Part shown: piece after piece, positions 34,498 to 46,122 of the stretch
Layout of the letters: every line of letters begins with the position of its first letter
Position numbering within the stretch: the first letter of the stretch is position 1
Assembly: GCA_047495785.1 (NCBI GenBank)
Contig: JBLDXI010000019.1
Location: 2,604,001 to 2,668,000 of the forward strand
DNA: 64,000 bases
Direction of reading: 5' to 3'
DNA from: Lepidodermella squamata
Lineage: Eukaryota > Animalia > Gastrotricha
Notes under the pieces: generated by a model
Seen by the model: only the letters and a program-made list of their open reading frames with translations
Told to the model about the DNA's origin: nothing
Database searches by the model: none
Position numbers and translations under genes: made by a program

Positions 34498-34996
34498 TTT
34501 CGAATATTAAAACCTAAAGCTAAATACAAAAAGACTTATTAACAGGAAATTGAGAGACGTCAACCTCGAAAGTCAATCTCGAAATTCACGGGATTGATTT
34601 TTGTTTAAATAAAAAGAAATTCAATAGCTAGATGAAAAAGTCACGGTAGGGGTCATTTCGACAAATGCTGAGGAGCTTTAGCTAACCGATCCCTTGCCAA
34701 ACCATAGAATGGGGTTGATTTAATACGTGACCGCTGACGTTCGAGAAATTCGGCTTAATTGGTCTTAAACCGCTCGCGGGATGCAACAGCAACACCCATG
34801 CTGCTTTCAGCAGTTGCAATTGCTGCTTGAGTAGGTAATTGGTAGTCTCAGATTAAAGGCTAAAGCACTGCTCTGTAATGTATTACAGCTGGTTTCGCAG
34901 CCCAGAGATGCATATGTTGCAACACTTTGAACGCAAGCCCTCCGGAGAGGTCCGGCGATGTGAGACTGAATAGCTGTGCTAAGGCGCTACTCCACC

Positions 34997-37464
34997 TTAT
35001 TTATTTATTTATTTAGAAGCTATGACACCCAAGAGAGGGCAGCTTGACAATGTTTGAAGGAAAAAGCAACAGATAATTTCAGGACAGGTTCAGATTTAGG
35101 ACAGGAAAAGTGAGCACAGTGAGACGCAACAAAGGTTTGGACCATTCATCGTTTTAATATGTAGCAGTGATCAGTCAACAATTTGGATCAGTAGTACATA
35201 GTGTGTAATAATAATAAAGATAATATTAAAACAAAATCTCAACAACTTCATAAAAGGCAGTAGCAGCTCATAATAGCTTCACAACAGTAAAAAAATAGAG
35301 TGCAATCAATTTATTAAAGTGCTAAACTAGAGGCATTTTTGTTGAAGAAAAAAGCGTGAGCAATTGAACGGCATATGTCAGCTGACTCGGCCTGCCGTGC
35401 CTCAATAGGCAGTTGATTCCACAGTTCGGGACCTCTGTAACTCAGACTAAGCATTTCTCGTTTTGAGTCGCATTTCGGCTTGAACATGGGTTCGGAATTT
35501 CGAACCTCGTATCGGGGAGGCGGGTTCAGACAAAAAAGCGCTTGCATTGCAGCCGGTGCTTGCTTGTTAAGGCACTTCCATATGAAGGTGGCCAGGTGGA
35601 TGGCGTGTTTTTGTTCCACGTCAACCCAGCCAAGGCGATGTCGCAGTGGTTGAGCATCAGCGAGCGGATGAGCGCCACAAATAACTCGAACTGCTCGGTC
35701 TTGCGTCGATTGAAGCCTGGCCAGTGTGGTCGGGGCAGCTTGGCCCAAGGTCAGGTCACCGTAATTCAAGTGACTAAATATCAAACCATTGGCCATTAAG
35801 ATAGCAGTCCTACGACTTACGAACTTCGAGGCCAGCTTGAGAGCAAACAAACCTCTTCTTGCTTTGCTTTTGGCACCATTTATGTGCTTCTTGAAAGACA
35901 GTTTATTGTCGATCGTAAAGCCAAGTGTTACCATTGCACTTGACGGCTTAACAATTGCGTCGCCGATTTTAATACAGAAATCCGGAGCCGTAGGCATCGC
36001 GCATTTCAATATCAAAAATTGCGACTTTTTACCGTTAACCTGCAAGGAGTTGGATTTCAACCAGCAACAAACCCGATTGATTTCCTGTTGAAGAACCGAT
36101 CTGAGTTCGTTGACGTTCCGACTGGCGAAATAAATTGTTATATCGTCTGCGTATTGTTTGATTCCGCAGCGCGTAACGACGAGTGATAGTTCATTTACGT
36201 ACACTGTAAACATAAGTGGCCCTAAAACTGAGCCCTGAGGCACACCATGGTGAATTTCTTCGAAGGCAGATAGTGCGCTGTTAATCTTTGTAGCCTGGCG
36301 GCGATCGCTCAGGTAGTTACTCAGTAGATTCAGGGCGCTTGTTGAAAGACCCGCACTTTTGAATGACTCGATGATGCCACCATGGTTCAACGTATCGAAT
36401 GCCTTTGATAGGTCGATTGAAATGGCACCAACGACCTTGCCTTCACACATAGAACGTCTCCAGTCCTCAGTGAATTCGCCGACACAGGTGTCTGTGGAAT
36501 GCTTCTCCCTAAATCCATGCTGTGCCGGTGTCCAGAATTCGAAAAGATGCTTTTTTAGTTGGAATGACAAGCATCGCTCAAATGTACGTGCGATCGGTGA
36601 TGTTATTGATATGGGACGATAATTGCTTAGGTCAGTACGGTTTCCCGATTTGTGAAGAGGAGATACGATCGAAATCTTCCAGTCTGAAACAAAGACTCCT
36701 TCCGCGATTCCCATGTTGAATAATCTCGCCAGATGACAGGAGATTGTGGATTTGGTCATCTTTACAACGCACTCAGGTATGCCGTCATAGCCAGTTGTCG
36801 CTTTGTAGGATAGTTTATCGATAGCTGCCTCCACTTCAGCTAGCGAGACAGACCGAAATTCGAGGTTAGGATACTTTTTTCGGCGCCTAACAAAGCTGAG
36901 GCTCGCCGCTAATGTTTGAGCAACTTTCGCGCCGGCTTGCGCGAAAAATACATTGAAAGCATTTGCCTTTTCCAATGACTCATTTCCACCGAGCTCTTGA
37001 AAGGGTCCACCGCGTTTGGGTTTCGGTCTGAAATCATTTATCACGCGCCATATTTTGCGCGGATCTCGACCTGCTTCAGTCAGACGCTTGTGATATTTTT
37101 CTCGACGCATTTTTCGACGTATTCTTTTCCTTTCACGCCGTGATAGGGTCGGGTCAACACTGGGCTTCCGCTTTTTGTTTGGTTGATTGGGCTTCTTCAC
37201 AATCAACGGGGCAACTTCGTTGACCGCTTCCAGTATGTAGGCTTTGATAATTTTCCAATAGCTTTCACAGTCATGAAATGCCTTCTGATCGATCGAATCT
37301 AATTTAGCTCCCAGAATGCAGTTTAAACGATTCGAGTCAATGTTGCGCAGGTCACGTATTACGCGAACATCTGCATTTTTCGTTTCAGTAACGCCACTGT
37401 TCTCAAGAACCATTGTCGTTCCGTAATGATCGCTGAGCCCGACTACTGTCCCAGCCATTGCCAC
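34997..37464 (-). mobile_element. CR1/L2-group LINE with an open RT region (ORF 35314-37464) and endonuclease largely missing
   Basis: YRPISI, QHGFR, IDLSKAFDT, GVPQGSVLGP, YADD and the C-terminal GPELWNQLP. Only the terminal SDH motif of the APE domain remains. A (TAAA)n tail lies at ~34997-35015. Confidence 0.92.
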
Positions 37465-38459
37465 TTCCGAGTCACTTTTATAAATGATCGCGGAACCTCA
37501 GGAATGATCGCGTCTGCAGCCCTCTCGAATTCGACTTGATCGTAAATTGCACTCTTGCAGCTAAGGCTGCTGTCAAGTTCGTTTGTGAGTTCACTAAGAA
37601 TTGAATCGATCATATCTGCCACGATCCCAGCTTTAGCAGCAGCTCCTCCAACTTTCATGAGCGAAATTGTCAAATCAGCTAGTGGCTTCGTTGCAGTAGA
37701 TTTGGTTAGACTCTTTTAAATGAAGCTAGATGCAACATCGATCGCCGGTGAGATCAACTTGCAGAGAGCAAGTGCTGCCTTTTTTTAAGCTAGAGCCTCC
37801 GGTGAATTTGACGACTTGTTGCAAAATAAAGTTAGCAGCATCTTGACCCTCCAGCAAGCAGGCCTTGCCGATCGCTGCTTTCAGGCCAATTTGTAGGCCA
37901 ATGTAGGCCAATTTAGAATTTTTTCAATTTTTTCGCTAAGCTGCTGCTGCAGAGTTCGCAAAAACTAGTTAATACGCGATTAAAAAACCACAGATGTTAT
38001 TACCTAAAGCTTAAAGCCTAAAAGTCTGAAGCTGTTCTGGGGGAGTAAGGTCTTTTATATATAGCTGTTGATATGTTATATCAGGAGAAAACATATCTCG
38101 AAGGATTAGAATGCGAGCGAAGCGAGCCGATTTTTCGGCGATTTGTCTTTGAAAATGCGAAAAGGAGCATCTCGAAGCAGGTTTTTTCTCTAAATAGGAA
38201 GGAATTTTAGGTCTCTTTCAAACTGACTCCCAGATTCCAGATTCCAGATCATTGAAAACTGGGTCTATTGAGAATGGTACCTGTTGGCTCAAGAGAGGGG
38301 AAAATAAAAGGCAAAAGTGAGCAAAATGTTTGATACAAGAGCACGAAATTGCGATTTTTTAACTTAAAAAATCTCTAAACCTGGCTGGCTTCATCAAGGT
38401 CTGAAAGTTTACGCCGATTAAATATACCCCTACCCATTTTCTCAACGGTTTTAATAAGG

Positions 38460-38875
38460 AATATTTTTTTGTCTGCCACTGAGCGTGGTCCCAAGGGCAA
38501 AAATCGGAACACTGGATAGAACTGGATATATTGCTTTTATAAAATGCATCGTAATATCGTAATATCGCTTATAAGGCATCGTTTTCGCTATATTGTAAAA
38601 AATCCCAATAATACCTTCCGTAATGCTACTAAACCAGTGTATAAAAATTTCTTTCTTAATCGTAACATTGAAATATGGAATAATCTTCACCCGAGTGTTT
38701 TTGATTTTTCTGATTCTCTCCCTGTTAAAGTACGTAATGAAATCTTCAAAGCTAATATTTTTCGCGTGGATCTTAAATCCTATATAAAATGTAAACTACT
38801 ACTGGGTTAGTGTTAGTGGCCTGCCCTTCTAATCCTGAAAGCAATTTCGAAATAAAATTATTATTATTATTATAT
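38460..38875 (+). mobile_element. 3' fragment of a CR1/L2-like LINE
   Basis: KNFFLNRNIEIWNNLH resembles the ORF2 C-terminal motif and is followed by AATAAA and a (TTA)n tail. Confidence 0.6.
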
Positions 38876-39517
38876 AAAATGTTGCTGACATTTTCGGCTG
38901 CGAATGACACAGCTATGTTTGTAGTTCCGTGTATAAGAGCGCCGTCAATTTCTCGTTCAACTTCAACGCCGACTGTGTAAGCTACGGCACCACGACCGAC
39001 TTTGTTGATCAACTCGTGGCCATACAACTGAGAAACGCCGGGGAATCTACTAATTCGAGAGAATTTAGCCGCGGGAGCAAGAAAATTGCCAGCTAAAAGG
39101 ACCATAGAAGTTGTCAACACTGACTGAGCAACACATACGCTTTCCATATTATCGCGTAATTTCGCCACGAGAAGAAGCATTGATAAGCGGTGAGCATTGT
39201 AAATGATATGAGCCGAAAACCGTGGGTTACGCACTTCTGTAAAATTTGCACATTTTCCGGCCCGCCGGTGTTTTCTCCGCGCGCGCGCTCCTAATGGTTG
39301 GCTCGTTTTACGCGTAAATACGCCTCGCTCGCATTTATTGCGCAACAAATAATTGCAGCTTTTCTTCGCGCGCGCGCACAGATATCTCTAAGTACAAGTC
39401 CGAAATTCAGAAAAAATCACACGGCATTAGGGGTCGATTTTTGTGGAATGAAAGGCGAAATTTAGTTGCATGGGTATTACCAGTTTATTTTAAATTTGAA
39501 CATAAATTTTCCCGCAT

Positions 39518-39552
39518 ACAAACAAACAAACAAACAAACAAACAAACAAACA
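39518..39552 (+). repeat. (CAAA)n microsatellite
   Basis: Direct reading of the sequence. Confidence 0.9.
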
Positions 39553-39594
39553 ACTTGTCCACTCACAAACGGTGACAGTATGGGGGTTCCCGCC

Positions 39595-40129
39595 GGCATC
39601 AACACTGAGCGAGGGTTTTTCTTGTTTCCAGTCATCTCAAGGCACTTTTCACGATCGTCGATTTGTGCTCCTGAACAGAGGAGCAAACTACATCGTCTTA
39701 TAGCTTATAGAATAAAGCGGCTTCGTTTGAAAGTTCTGGAAAAGTGACGTGATCAACACCATACAACCGAGTAAGTAACTCACGTTCAGCACTGCTGCCA
39801 AGCGTTCCGCTAAGCCCAAATATTTTGGAATATTTAGGAAAGAAATAAGTATTCGATAGGAAAACCGCCTTCAGCGACTGAACAGAGAATCGATGACTAT
39901 GTTTGAGCTGCAGGAACTGCTGTAGAGCCTCAGAATATTCTGTTGTGACAAGATCTGTTCAAGTGCCGAGGTCTTGTATCACAATATTAGGTTCAGCCCC
40001 TCCATTGCTGTCGATGATACACTCAACATCCTGCCGCATCATAAGAGCATGGAAAGCGCTTTCTATCCAGGCATTCAGATGGCTCACCATAAATTCCAGT
40101 AAATAGCGAGGCGGCAGAAGAATTATACG
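39595..40129 (-). pseudogene. SecA-like DEAD ATPase fragment
   Basis: Manual translation: QDVECIID...IVIQDLGT*T...YSEALQQFLQLKH...SLKAVFLSNTYFFPKYSKIFGLSGTLGSSAERELLTRLYGVDHVTFP...RSVLM. This parallels SecA DVDYIV...IIVDEHTGR...WSDGLHQAVEAKE...YFRLYEKLAGMTGT. There is an in-frame stop at 39959-39961 and a frameshift downstream. Confidence 0.75.
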
Positions 40130-40748
40130 AGTACGTTCGGCGGTATAAGATTTGAGGTGGGCAATAGCTGCTCAATAGCCGTCTTGATTTATCAAAATAA
40201 ATGAAACCACAGTGAAAAAGAGGTTTTTGTATCGTAACAACGGTTGGGTTGCCCACCTCAAATCTTATTCCACGCGAAAGAGCAGATCACGTTCTATATG
40301 CATGCAAAATTTGGTGAATAACGGTGAAATCCGTTTCGAATTTCACCGTTATTCACCAAATTCAACTTTAAATAAAGATGAAGATTCTGAAATTTTAGCT
40401 TGAGTTCTTACTCTGGTCTTTTTTCTCTATGCATCTACAAAATTTAGTTTAAAAAAGCCCTAGTGAAAATTTCGATCGCAGACCAACGCAAAATGTAGTG
40501 TTTTAAGGATAGTTTCAGCCTTTTAGATTGGCGCATAACAGAGCACTTTTTGAGACCCCCAAACAAGACTAATCTGAATTTCGGCTCGAATACGTCAGTG
40601 TGAAGAATTCAGAATGCGCAATTTTACAATATGAAAGCTCTGTTATAGCTATACTAATATGATAGCCAATTTCTATGTCAAATATCGACCCTTATAGGTA
40701 CTGTATAGGTAACTTACGATGGGTAGCAGGCCACCTTAGGCCTCTTGG

Positions 40749-41001
40749 CAGGGGCGTAACTAGCCGGGGACCCAAGGGGAGGGGGGGGGGGGCAGGCCCC
40801 ACCATCCGGAAAAATCCAAAAAATGAAAAGCTCTGTACTTCTCAAAATTAATGTCTTTCGAACTAGGGGGTAGTGTAATACTCACGGAAGGTGCAACGCT
40901 TGATGTCAAACATGCTTTTTCGTTACATTTTGAAGCATTTTTAGGCTATTTCTGAGGCAAAAATGAAATAAAAACCGTTAGCTAAAGCTCGCTACGCTCG
41001 C
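40749..41001 (+). mobile_element. Left part of a hAT-like MITE
   Basis: CAGGGGCGTAACTAG terminus. The segment 40864-41001 is directly repeated at 44483-44606. Confidence 0.55.
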
Positions 41002-41227
41002 GAGGGGCTGATCCCTGAGAGAATCTTTGTTTACAGCTTGAGATTCATTAAAGTGGGGTCGTTAATATATGTGGAATCGCGGATGGCTTGGAATAGGGCT
41101 GCGGTAGTATCGAAGTCGCAGGGAAAATTATCAAATTTAAAAGAAATTAATGGACAAGCCGACTATTTAGAATAACTTTTACACTATTTTCAGCTCGAAT
41201 CGATCCTCTCACCGATTCTTCGAACCT

Positions 41228-42110
41228 TTGAAAGGGTCGTTGTCGAGCAGATTAAGTCTCATCTACAAAAAACACGCTTCTTTTAACCCAGTCAGTTTGG
41301 ATTCAGGATTCAGGCGATATCACTCATGCGACACCTGCATGCTCAAAATTACGGAAGACTGGCGACTGGCACTGGACAAAGATATGAAAGTCGCAGCCGT
41401 CTCAATAGATCTGTCAAACGCATTTGACACGCTACACCCGTTGGGAGTCGAAGCTTCTTTGACAAACGCTGGTTTTGATGATTGATGATCACGCTGTGAA
41501 GCTAATGGTAAGTTTTCTTTCTGAAAGATATCAAATCACAAAATTGAATGGCTCTATTTCGTCCAGCAGCAGAATAGCGTATGGCGTCCCACAATGTAGC
41601 GTCATTGGCCCGCTTTTGTTTACCATCTACGTGAACGACATCGCCGCGGTTACATCTGCTTGATGACCGAAGCTCATCATCACTTTTCCAGATAAAAAGT
41701 GGATTCCTCGATGCGGATTACCCCTTGTGGTCAACATGGCGTTGTACACTTTAAATGGCGATTTTTGTTATAAATTGTCGACAATTCACGATTGTACACT
41801 TTCAATGTGACATTTATACTGCTATGCTGTACTTCTTGTTGCGATTTTTGTTGTTCAGTTTGACATCAGAACATAATTGATCGAGTGTCTGATCTATAAC
41901 TTTGTTTTCTCCTACTACACCTTTCCTGTATCAGTTGCCCTAAACAAGTTACAAGCTGATATCGATAAGGTCAGTAAATGGCTGGGCAACAACAGCCTGA
42001 TGGTTAATGCAAAGAAGACAGGTCTCAAGATAGTAATAAACGAAGCGGTGCTATTACCAGCTGAAAAATGGAAATTCTCGGATTTGTTCTTGACCGAAAG
42101 CTTCTCTTCA
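41228..42110 (+). mobile_element. Degenerate CR1/L2-group RT fragments
   Basis: SGFRRYHSC, SIDLSNAFDT, GVPQCSVIGPLLFTIYVND and WL..NSL.VNAKKT, split by frameshifts and stops. Confidence 0.8.
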
Positions 42111-42569
42111 AAGAGCAAATTGTTCTGCGTTGAATTACCTGGGCCAGATGAGAATTTTGCTGGACCTACGATCAATTTTTTCTGAACCTACAGATGATAG
42201 GGCACCCATGAAAATTTAAACCGACCCGATGCGACTCATACTTTTGTCTAATTAATTGCGTCCGAATAGCCCCACGAAAAAATGAGATTGTGGGGCAATC
42301 GGAACAGAGAAATGCGGCAGAATTGGAATATTCTAATGAGCTTTGTAGTTGATAAGTTTCTCAGCAATTGAGGCATACTTCGAATTTAAGAGTTTTGTAA
42401 AACTTTTCATTAGGTTAACCGAATGAAAGGCTAGTACACGTGGCATGAATTAAAAATTCGCTAATTTACTACTGCTAATTAAAAAACTAACTGAGCTAAA
42501 AACCATCGATATGCACTGCATACGAATAATTGCAATAAAATGCCAACTTTTGTTTGGAAAAAAATTGCT

Positions 42570-42651
42570 TCGTGGTCTGGACTCGAACCCTCGTTTTGTA
42601 CTTTGCTGTGCTTTCTAGAAGCACATCCAATCCCACTCGGCCACTGAACAC
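42570..42651 (-). other. tRNA-derived pseudogene or SINE head (Leu/Ser-like)
   Basis: Minus strand has A box TGGCCGAGTGG, stem-loop GTGCT-TCTAGAA-AGCAC and B box GGTTCGAGTCC. The acceptor and T stems are imperfect, so it is not called a functional tRNA. Confidence 0.55.
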
Positions 42652-42702
42652 AACACATCAGTAATATTTGAATTGAATATTTATGTATAGTTAAAAGCCA
42701 AA

Positions 42703-44473
42703 GGGCTTGTAAAATGTGTAGACCAGATTACGCACAATTGTAGACCACTCAAGGTGGTGCGTAGACCAAAAGGGTGCGCGCGCAGACCAAACGCAACAGC
42801 TGTAGACCAGCACGCACACTTGTCGACCAAACTGTTAAATTGTAGACCATTCAAAAATTTAATTGTATACCAACGCGTATTTCGGCTAATTTTGGCTAAT
42901 TTCGATGCCTTTAAACCTTCAATTATCCTTCGAGCTATCAGGCGAAGAGCTTTCAAGTGAAACATCGACCGAGGAGCCTTTTACCGCCGAGGCTATAGAA
43001 AATCAGGTTGATGAGGTGGCTGATTGTTTAGAGGCAATCGTCAAGCAGATAGTCGAGGCGGACGAGTTGGCCTATAAACAAACCCCACACCATTGGGTTG
43101 AAGTTTTCCGGGGTAATTCCGTCGAGGCCACTGATTTCCTGAAGGCAAATAATCACACCAGCAAAATCTCAGCACCGAGAATGCGAAATGGCATGACAGA
43201 AGCCTACTACTATTGCGATTGTGCGGGCAGAAGCATGTGCCGCAACCAGTTGAAAACAGTCGAAACACCGTCAGCCGTTGTCGTTTTCACTAACTCGATA
43301 GCTCACCGACACCCAGCGAAATCAACAGCAGTGTCCATACTTAATGATCAAGTTACGCATTTATTGCACCAATCACGCGCGATCCACCCTGTAACGATTA
43401 GTTATTGTTTTGATATTGTTGTTCATGTTTGTTTGGCATTTGGCCATTGTACTATCAGCTCATTCATAACTTGGCTTCTATTGCGTTTCCCTCATTAGTC
43501 ATAGCTGTGGCCTATAATAAGGCGTAGATGTATCATTTTCAGTATTCTGGTTATTTTCAATGAATAAATCAAGCATCTCGGGAAACATTGACTCTTCATG
43601 ACACACCCATTTCATCCAATCTTCAAAACAACACACACGCGCACACGCACGCACCCGCTGCGCACCTCGACGCGCACCCCCGCGCGACGTCTGAGACAGT
43701 TTGCCGTGTTTTACAGCCGACGGATCAAGGGATTATCTGTATTGGAGTGTTTACACGCCGGTTTAGCTACTAGCTGCGTGAATAAGAGCTACGGACCGTG
43801 TCCGGTCATTGAACTGGGTCGCCATGAGCGCGCTACCTACAACTGCAACAACAAATCAACAGCTACAACTTATCATACGATTTTTTTAAGAAATCAGCAA
43901 TTTGCGATATTATTATAGGACTAATTTCAAGTGATCGGAATTGAAAGATGCGTTGACCGCCGGGCCGCTATCTTCTATTAAACTATTCGCATAATTTAGA
44001 AAAAATTTATCTAGCATCCAAGCTGAGAAAACATTTTTACGCCGACGCCCTCCCGTAGCACAACCATATAGGTTCAACGTAACAACCTCTCCTCTACTCG
44101 CCGCCTCCTTGCCAAAAAATGGGTCCCTATTACCAAGGAAATCCTGGGCTTCCTCGCATGACCCAGCGAAAACAGGTATAGCCAGTTGTTTTTCAACTCG
44201 TCGTAGCCTTCAAAAATTGTGTTAATCGAGTGGCAAGGGTCGAAATTGCCCTTGCATCGTTGTTAATCAAAAATGTAACGACTGTCGTTGCAAAAATTGC
44301 GAAAATAAATAGTTGGCTCCTATTTACGGCTTGTATTTACTTGGTCTACACGCGCCCTAATTTTGGTCTACACGCGCACTCATTTTGGTCGACACGCGCG
44401 CATATTGGTCTACAAGTGCGCGCGCGGTTGGTCTACAAAGTGGTCAATCTGGTCGACGCACAAAATTTCCCTC
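42703..44473. mobile_element. Non-autonomous Mutator-like element (MULE)
   Basis: 9-bp TSD AAAGCCAAA (42694-42702 and 44474-44482), G...C termini, and arrays of GTAGACCA (left) and TGGTCTAC (right). The internal ORF 42905-43498 has a YYxC..C...HxH zinc-finger pattern. Confidence 0.8.
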
Positions 44474-44482
44474 AAAGCCAAA

Positions 44483-44876
44483 TAGGGGGTGTAATACCCA
44501 CGAAAGGTGTAAAATTTGATGTCAAATATGATTTTTCGTTCATTTTCAGGCTAATTCTGAGGCGAAAATGAAATGAAAACCGTTAGCTAAAGCTCGCTTC
44601 GCTCGCATATTCAATAATTTAGTTTTTAATGAATCTGGCAGGTTGACTACTAGAAAATTCCACAGATTTAGGAGTTTTTGGAGTATTTCTGAGAGACAAA
44701 TCTTTTTGGTTAAAATTACAATTCATTTTAAGAAAGCAAACAATTCTTTTCCATCACTGATAGCTCTTGGATTCTTGAGCTCACCCTGAAAATATGACCT
44801 AGGCCTCCTCCCCCTTCCTTCCCGCCCCTGCCTGAGATCCATTGCAACTACCAAAAAAACCCTGGTTACGCCCCTG
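44483..44876 (+). mobile_element. Right part of the same hAT-like MITE family
   Basis: Ends CTGGTTACGCCCCTG, the inverted match to 40749, and shares about 130 bp with 40864-41001. No common TSD. Confidence 0.55.
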
Positions 44877-45339
44877 AAATGGGGCTATCCTGGAATCAGG
44901 ACCTTCTGAAACGTGTAAAAATGCTAAAAAAATCAGGGGTAATTGTTTTTCGCCGTCAGAATAGCCCCATCTGACGGTACCGCTTGGCGTTCTCTCTCAG
45001 AAATGCGTAACATTTGCGGTGACCATGCGGTTTTGGTGCATTTTCGGAGGAAAAAAATGCACTCGCGAAAAAAATCGATAACGCGCAGCAGCAGTATAAT
45101 TTCATAGGAGTTCGGTTTTTTATGAAACACCCTGTATATAGTCCCGATATACTGTTATGTGTGACATCGGCAAGACATTGGTGGTATGGTTCAGTGCATT
45201 CGGTGCCTAATGTCAGTAAGCAAGAACCCCTTTTCATTACCTTGCTGCCGCGAAGCTGGCCAACCGTCGTCGTTAGAAAGATCGTACTAATGTAAGAGAC
45301 ACATGGGCATATAGCTCATTTCTGGTCAACTTAAACTTA

Positions 45340-45735
45340 CCAGATTCTGCCCTGAACTAGAACTAGTTTGAAGGATTGAACTCCTCTCTCGATCAGTGAT
45401 ATCAAGTTGCTGTTTTTCGAATATACTCACAAGGGAATGAAACTGATCACACAGACGCTGTGCCTGAGTACTGTCTGAGTACAAACGCCCAGTGATAGCT
45501 TAGCTGCTGCAATAGCTGTTGCATTAAGTTGGGTCAATTCTTCAAGCTGCTCGCTGATTTGCTGCGCGAGTTCTTTCGCCGTGTGAGACAATTCGTGCAA
45601 CTCGGCGCGTACTTGTTTTGAATCTTGATAAGTCCCGGTTTTAACGACATGTTGTTGAATTTGCTGTATGTTGTATAAGAAATTTTGAATGTTGAACGAA
45701 ACGGTCTGAGATATCCGAGCAAATTCCCTGGACAT
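45340..45735 (-). pseudogene. Syntaxin-7/12-like Habc domain fragment
   Basis: EFARISQTVSFNIQ...GTYQDSKQVRAELHEL, then in a shifted frame QRLCDQFHSLVSIFEKQQ..ITDRER. No SNARE or TM exon was recognised. Confidence 0.65.
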
Positions 45736-46122
45736 TTTAAATCAACCCCTGAAATTCGAGAAAACATCATGAAGTATCCGAACCGAGGCTGAATTCGAAT
45801 CGAGGTCAGAGGTAGAGGCCAAAAAAGCGCGGAATTGCAGAATCGTCTGACATGCAAAGTTGTGTCCAGTACTTTGAATCAATCAGCAATTAATGAAAAA
45901 TTAATGAAAATAAGCAAGCATAATCTTTCCAGGGTCGGTAGTAGCTTATTTCATAACAGCGAAAAGAAATATTTAAAGAAATATAAAATATTTAATTGAT
46001 CCTATGGATTCTACATGAATTCTACAGTTGAAGTAGAGTAAATTCATACCACAAACAATGTTGTTTCGGAATGACTTAGAAATTGAAAGATCCATCAAAT
46101 TCGTTATAATGATAATAAATGA

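Noticed and set aside
38773-39560. 191-aa ORF and possible Helitron/DINE-like element around the (CAAA)n tract
   Set aside because: There is no recognisable protein motif, and I could not identify diagnostic termini.
42570-42651. Functional tRNA-Leu(TAG)
   Set aside because: The acceptor and T stems are mismatched and there is no U33, so it is better explained as a pseudogene or SINE head.
42710-42850. Regularly spaced GTAGACCA repeats as a CRISPR-like array
   Set aside because: The repeats are only 8-9 bp, are mirrored at 44340-44460, and sit within a TSD-flanked MULE in a eukaryote. No cas genes are present.
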